From: Azolla caroliniana
Taxonomy: Eukaryota; Plantae; Polypodiophyta
Assembly (NCBI GenBank): GCA_043228905.1
Contig: JBHGNT010000014.1
Span: forward strand, 7,502,001-7,566,000
Reading direction: 5' to 3'
Length of the DNA stretch: 64,000 bases
A program made the position numbers and the translations under genes. Below, in pieces: positions 57,288-64,000 of the stretch. Below the pieces are notes generated by a model. That model saw nothing but the letters and a program-made list of their open reading frames with translations. It ran no database searches and was not told the origin of the DNA. How positions within the stretch are numbered: position 1 is the first letter of the stretch; every line of letters begins with the position of its first letter.

Positions 57288-60200
57288 TGTTAAGGATCAA
57301 GCTCGACAAAAGCATGTGATGCATATCGGTAACTTAGATCTTCTATAGTAGCTATTAGGAAATTACCTACTATTAGACATATAGGTAAAACAACTATTTA
57401 GTTGTTCACAACTATTTAGCTACTCACTGCTAATTAGCTGAATATGTAAGTCACTTATATACTTGGGTAAAAAAGTAAGAGTAAGTAGGAGAGTGAAGTA
57501 AGAGGAGACGTAAGAAGATAGATAGAGATGTTTTCTTTCTGTGATGAAATAGAAGCTTTGGGTTGCTACTAAGATGAGCCTTCTTCCCCCCCATTTTCTT
57601 TCTCTCTTAAACATACTAATGATCCAGCACGTCACAAATCCACTATGCACTAAGAAGAGTCATAGTATCTTCGTAACATGGTATTAGAGCAGAGTTGCTC
57701 GTAAAGAATAGACTGTACAAATGTAAGAAGATTTCTCTGTTGCTGATATGAATTAGAGAGTTTCTTGTTGAAGTTAATCGTAACTAAAGCCCTAAATTGA
57801 AAGAGAGATGGCTGCTAAAAACAAAAGCCAAATAGTTACAAAGAAATTGGATAAAAACAATTTCCCTGCGTTGAAATTCAGAACGACAAATTTCCTGATG
57901 GGAAAAGGATATTGGGATTACACTGAAAGACCTAGAAGAGGCTCCAAAGATCCCTGAAGAAAATGCATTGGAATCAAAGCATTGAAGCAGTGGTATCAAC
58001 GCACGGGGCAAGAAAAGTATTGCATTGGTTATCACTTAGCATCTCAAATTCGATGCTTGGACATATACAAGATGCTCTGCTTCCAAAAGAAGCTTGGGAT
58101 AGTTTGGTAAAACTATTTGAAGCAAACTATGTGAAGCATGTCAATATGGAAAGCGAAACAGGTTATCTTTCCATCATGAAGGACATATAAGCAAAAATCT
58201 GTTGGATTTGGTACATACAGATTTATGGGGACCAACAAAAAATGCCTTAATTGGTGGCTGCAGGTTTTATGTAACATTCATTGGTGATTGCTTAACGAAA
58301 ACATGGGTTTACTTCATGAAAGAGAAGAGTGAAGTATTTGAGTGTTTTCGTAAGTTCAAATGCATGGTATAAAAGTAGGCTGGAACTAGAATAAAATGTT
58401 TAAGGTTTGATGGAGGAGAATACTTCTCAAATGAATTTTCTAATTTTCTATGCAATCAATGAATAAGGAGATAATTCACATGTAGATATACTCCAGATCA
58501 AAATGGAGTGGCTGAGAGGAAAAACAAAACTTTGGTAAACATAGCAACTGCTTTGATGACAAAAAAAAATGTCATTGTATTACTAGGTTGAGGCTCTAAA
58601 CACAACAAACTATATTATAAATAGATGCATAACATCTAGAGTACATGTAGTAACTCCCTAAGAATGTTTCTATGGCAGGAAACCTAGTTTAGCACACTTA
58701 AAAGTGTTTGGATGCATTGCTTATGTTCATGTACCTACTAAAGTAAGGAGTAAGTAAGCTTGATCCCAAAGCTGAAAAATGTGTTTTTGTGGGATATTCA
58801 GAGGAGCAAAAAGGGTATAGATGTTATAACCCTTTGACAAAAAAGATTGGAATAAGACGTGAGGTGATATTTGATGAGTTGGGTAATTGGCACAACCCAA
58901 AACAGGATGAAAAACTGATGAAGTCAATGAAAATGAGGCCATGGAAATGGTAACAAGGTTGGAAAGCATAGTCCAACATCGATAGCATGTATTGGACCAT
59001 CTGAAAACTCAGGTAGTAAATCTGAATCTAATGCTTGGAGTGGAAAAAATGTGATGGAAGATGTAGATTCAAATGTATCATTGGATGATGAGTTGGGTAC
59101 ACAAGCCTTGAAAATCCCTAGTATTGAAAAAGCAATGAAAGATGCAAATCAGAAACTGAGAAGATCAGATAGAGAGACAAAAAACTGTTGAAAGATTTGG
59201 TTATGATACATACATGGTTATGCATTATGCATATGTGTCTAAAGTGGTACAAATCCCTAATCCAAATAGTATTGATGAAGCAAAATCCGAGAAGAAATGG
59301 GTGAATGTAATGCAAGAAGAAATGGATGCATTGACTGAAAACAAAACATGGGCTTTGGTAAAGTTGCCAAAAGGAAAACATGTGGTAGGTTGCAAATGGG
59401 CCTACAAAACAAAGCATGATTCCAATGGGAATGTAAGTAGACATAATGCAAGACTGGTTGCAAAGGGATATGCCCAAATGCAGGGAATTGATTATAATGA
59501 GACATTTGCGCCGGTTGCAAAAATGGCAACCTTGAGGACACTACTTAATGTAACTACAACCAAAAGATGGGTTCTGCACCATATGGATGTAAAAAATACT
59601 TTTTTACATGGTAACTTCGAAAAGGAAGTTTACATGTGTCAACCACCAGGATTTGAAGATAAGAAGCATCTAGAATATGTTTGTAAGCTGAAAAAGGCTC
59701 TCTATGGACTGAAACAAGCACCGAGAGCATGGCACAAAGAACTTTCAGAATCTCTGAAAAAATTTGCTTTCAAAATGTCAAAGGCTGATCCATCATTATA
59801 TGTAAAGAAGATGAATGATTGCATTGTTGTGATTTTGATTTATGTTGATGATTTAATCATCGAAGGTGATTCTATGGATGAAATAAGCAATTTCATATGG
59901 AGGATTTGGGAGAACTGAAATACTTTCTTGGTATTGAGATAATCAGAAACAATATGTGTTGCAAAAACAATATGTAACAACTATGCTGAAAAAGTATGGA
60001 ATGCTTGGATGCAAACTTGTTGGTGTACCACTTGATAAGAACTGCAAATTGAGGGCTGATTTGGGAGCAAAAATTGCAGATGTGAACATGTACAAGTCTA
60101 TGGTGGGCAGCCTCATATATTTGACTATAAGAAGACCTGATTTGAGTTATATAGTTGGATTAGTCAACTAGTTTATGCAACAACCAACAAAGCCACATTT

Positions 60201-61098
60201 GGATTACATTAGAAGAATCTTGAGATATGTAAAGGCTACTCAAAACATTGGATTGTTTTACAGGGTTGATCTAGACATAAAGTTGGAAGGATATACATAT
60301 GTTTAATGGGCTGGAAGCCAAACTGATAGAAGATCCATGAGTGGATATATGTTTACATTGGGAAGCGCAACTATTTCATGGAGTAGCAAGAAAAATGCTA
60401 TTGTTCCATTATCAAGTACTGAAACTGAATATAGAGGAGTTGCAATAGCTACTTGTGAAGAAGTATGGATTAGAAGATTGCTTGCTGATTTGGGAGAGTA
60501 TATAGATGGTGCAGTCACAATTTGGTGTGACAATATTAGTAGCATTCAACTCGCAAAAACCCAATTTCCATGCAAGAACAAAGCACATTGAAGTGCATTA
60601 TCACTTTGTTAGAGAAAAAGTGATTGATGAAGAAGTAGATCTATTGTATGTAAGTACAAATCAGGAAGTTGCTGACATTCTTACATGATGGGAGTTATAA
60701 GCATTGGTATGATAGTTGAAAAGCACATTGAAGTGCATTATCACTTTGTTAGAGAAAAAGTGATTGATGAAGAAGTAGATCTATTGTATGTAAGTACAAA
60801 TCAGGAAGTTGCTGACATTCTTACATGATGGGAGTTATAAGCATTGGTATGATAGTTGAAAAGCACATTGAAGTGCATTATCACTTTGTTAGAGAAAAAG
60901 TGATTGATGAAGAAGTAGATCTGTTGTATTTAAGTACAAATCAGGAAGTTGTTGACATTCTTACATGATGGGACTAAGCAAGTTGCTGACATTCTTACAT
61001 GATGGGAGTTATAAGCATTGGTATGATAGTTGAAAAGCATGAAGGAAAGAAGACTGAAGATGATCTCAAGAATGGATGAGTTGAGCTTGAGGGAGAGT
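57288..61098 (+). mobile_element. Element J: old AT-rich copia, internally deleted; 3' LTR not in window
   Basis: LTR 57288-57678; PBS TGGTATTAGAGC 57679-57690; gag ~57810-58120; INT ~58130-58900; RT 59214-60230 (YVDDL); RH 60290-60690; PPT TTGAGGGAGAG to 61097. Confidence 0.85.
60581..61040 (+). repeat. 140-bp tandem triplication of the RNaseH end in J
   Basis: AAGCACATTGAAGTGCATTA starts at 60581, 60721 and 60861. Confidence 0.92.
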
Positions 61099-64000
61099 TG
61101 ATGATGAGAGAAAGAAAAAAGATAGAGAAGAGAAGAGGAAGAGAAAACAATACTTCAATATACTATTATGAAAACAATACAATCCTCTTAGACTCCAAAA
61201 GTAACAACCCCAACTACTTCAATATACTATTAGCCAAAATAGTCTTTCCTTCTTCGCATTTCTTCTAATCTTATTCTTGCTCACTTCTTCTTGTAGATAT
61301 TCTATTCTTCCTCCCTTTTTTGTAGATATTCTCTTCTTACTCCCTTCTTCTCTTGTAGATATTCTATTCTTCCTTTTTTCTCAATAGCTAAGAATACCCT
61401 CATATTTATAGGTTTTTAGTTACGCAATTCTTGCTTTTTTCTTTTCTTTTCTTTTATATATCCTCGAGTTTGTGTGTTGCTTTTTTCATATCATTATTTC
61501 TTGTTTGCCATCACAATTTATCACACAAGAAAGCTCTCTTTGTTAGCTTTCTTAGGAATATTTTATTTTGAAATTTGGATAAGAGATGAAGAAATTGTGA
61601 GCTTTTTTCTCTGCCTTATTATGCGTTTTTTCCCCATTTTTTTCTTTTCTCTTGCTATTTCTACTTTTGGAAAATGCCTCTAACTTCATATCCCTTCAAT
61701 TTCATTCTTCTTTTAACTCTTGAACCTTTCACACTGTGCTTTATTCTTATAAACCTTAGCATTTGATGTATTTGCCATGGTCTTTTCTTATAGCAAAAAT
61801 TGACTTCACATTTAGCCCCCCTCCTTGCTTGTTGAGCGAACCATTTATGGTGAGCCTAAAAAGAAAAAGAAAATGGAAAAAAATCCTTCGCCTTATGGTA
61901 GGCTATAGACAAAGGAGTATAAATGCTAAAAAAAGTAACAAATTATTGTGTGAGAAAAAAACTCCATTAAGCGGTGGGAAAAAAAATTCACACTCCTACA
62001 AAAACAAAAATTTTAAACATGGCAACAATATTATAATCTCTCCTACTCCCAAATATAGGAGGATCATGAATTAGTTGGGGAATATGCTTGGGGACAAATT
62101 CACTTCTTGTTCCCCATGATCATTTTCTTGAATTTCCTTATCCATTATAGAAATGTAGGTATGTCCCCAATTCACGTACTTCTTTAGACGCCATCCATTC
62201 ACACGTAGTTCATGAAGAGTTCCATCCATGTTCTTGAGTTGATAACTTCCATCGTCAAAGCAATGGTGCACCACAAAAGGTCCTTCCCAACTATTTATCA
62301 TCTTTTGTCCATTTATATTGTCAAAACGATTGTCGTAGCGAAGGACAAGAGATCCTTTTGAAAAAGTATCTTTTCTTGTCCTTTTATCATAATACTTCTT
62401 CCTCCTCCAAGCTTGTTGTTTATAATGCTCTACTGCTTCCTCCCTTGAATATGGTTTTGTGACAAACTATCAATCATGAAACATTCTTTATCACATAGAG
62501 ATGCTCTTAAGAGTCTATTGCTTCTAACTTGAAGTTCGATCGGAAATAAAGCTTCTTGTCCATACACTAAGAAAAAAGGTGTAAAACTTGTGGATGACTT
62601 ATATGATATACGATAAGCCCATAGAGCATCATCAAGGAATTAATCCCATGTTCTTATTCTATTTGTTATAAGTTTTTGAAGATTTTTAACCAAAATACCA
62701 TTTTCCTTTTCGACTGCTCCATTAGCTTGAGGATAATAAGGAGCAAAATACCTATGTTTAATCTTTAACATTTCTAATAAGGAAGGCAACACTTCACCAC
62801 GAAAACTTGGACCGTGATCATATACAATCTCTAACGGTACACCAAATCTTGTACAAATATTACGGTAGATGAATTGGACCACATCCCTTGCTTTAATCGA
62901 GGATGTTGCTATTGCTTCGACCCACATAGTCATGTAATCAGTAGCTACCAATATGAATTCTTTACCTCTTTGGGTTCTTGGAAGGGAACCCAACATCAAT
63001 TCCCCATTTTTCAAAGGCAGCAAAAACCACAATAGGATGCAAAGGGCCTGCTTGAAGATGTCTTCTTCCTGCCTTTTGACAAGCATCACAAGACTTGCAC
63101 CATTCATGAATATCTTTGTGAATAGAAGGCCATGTAAAACTTGTTAATAAAAGTTTTCTCAACATGATATCATGAGAAAAGTGCCCTCCACAAGCCTCCT
63201 CATGCATCTTTTGTAAGGTCTCTAGAATTTCCTCCTTAATAGGCACTCGTCGTAAAAGACCATCTTTGCCTTTATGATATAAGTCCTTATCCACCACCAT
63301 ATATTGGAATGCTCTCACTACCAATCGTTTTCTTTGTGTAGAATTTAAATCTTTAGGAAAATCATCACCATCAAGAGACTCACATGCCTCCATAAGAGAT
63401 GTCACATCTTTACACTCTTCCAGAATGCATATTGTCTCAAGTTTCAATTTCTTTAGTTGACCTTGAGCAAGTGCATTAGCCTCTTTATTGTCCAAACAAC
63501 TTACATGTTTTAGTTGAACTTTATGAAAACACTTCAAGTTGTATGATGCTTGTCAAAAGGTAGGAAGAAGACATCTTCAAGCAGGCCCTTTGCATCCTAT
63601 TGTGGTTTTTGCAAGTCGTGTGATGCTTGTCAAAAGGCAGGAATGGTGCAAGTTGTGTGATGCTTGCAAAAATGTATGTAAACCATCACTTTGACATTTC
63701 CACTCCTTGAATTTGTTTGATAACCAAAAGGGAATCACCTTTTACGATCAATCTTCTAATATCTCTTGCCTTACAAATTCGAAGATCAAGCACAAAGTGG
63801 CATACTCTGCTTCATTGTTGGTATTGGCATTGGATAAAATAATACCCTCTGTGTGCACGATCTCTCCATTAGGGTCTCTAATAACGAGGCTTCCAACCAA
63901 ACCTGCACATCCATTAGGGTCTCTAATAACGAGCTAATCTTAAATAATTATTTTACTAGTTTTCATATCGTGTGTGAAAAACCACACGTCATTCACCCCC
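61099..64000 (-). mobile_element. Element N: Tat-like gypsy, 3' part, with additional (archaeal-type) RNase H before INT
   Basis: aRH motifs TNNEAEY, KGDSLLVIKQ and HV...NKEANALA (63480-63830); INT HEEACGGHF..CDACQ, FGVP..IV.D.G, YYPQANGAVE, WEGPF..VNG.RLK; PPT GGAGGGGGGCTAAA 61811-61824; probable LTR 61099-61810. Confidence 0.8.

Overview
Eukaryotic, land-plant-type genomic DNA; the lineages look non-seed-plant-like, but the species cannot be read from the sequence. Most of the window is nested and decayed LTR retrotransposons. They surround one intact host gene, a 3-exon GT47/exostosin glycosyltransferase (minus strand, 22323-24518, ~620 aa). One Ty3/gypsy element (38025-45317) is complete and very young: near-identical 786-bp LTRs, a tRNA-Trp PBS, a 4-bp TSD, and gag-PR joined to RT-RH-INT by an apparent -1 frameshift (G_GAT_TTT plus a pseudoknot that co-varies in a second copy). 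The most unusual signal is in a second gypsy family with a large 3' extra ORF. In two diverged copies the ORF is followed by a 17-nt sequence matching a tRNA-Arg 3' end (an inverted PBS) and then the LTR, with no obvious PPT. This suggests non-canonical plus-strand priming or an inverted genome/mRNA arrangement. Also present: several copia elements, a Tat-like element with an extra RNase H, chromovirus-like fragments, DNA transposon remnants (hAT, pogo) and local tandem or templated duplications. Element letters A-N are my own labels. Family names come from motif recognition, not database searches.
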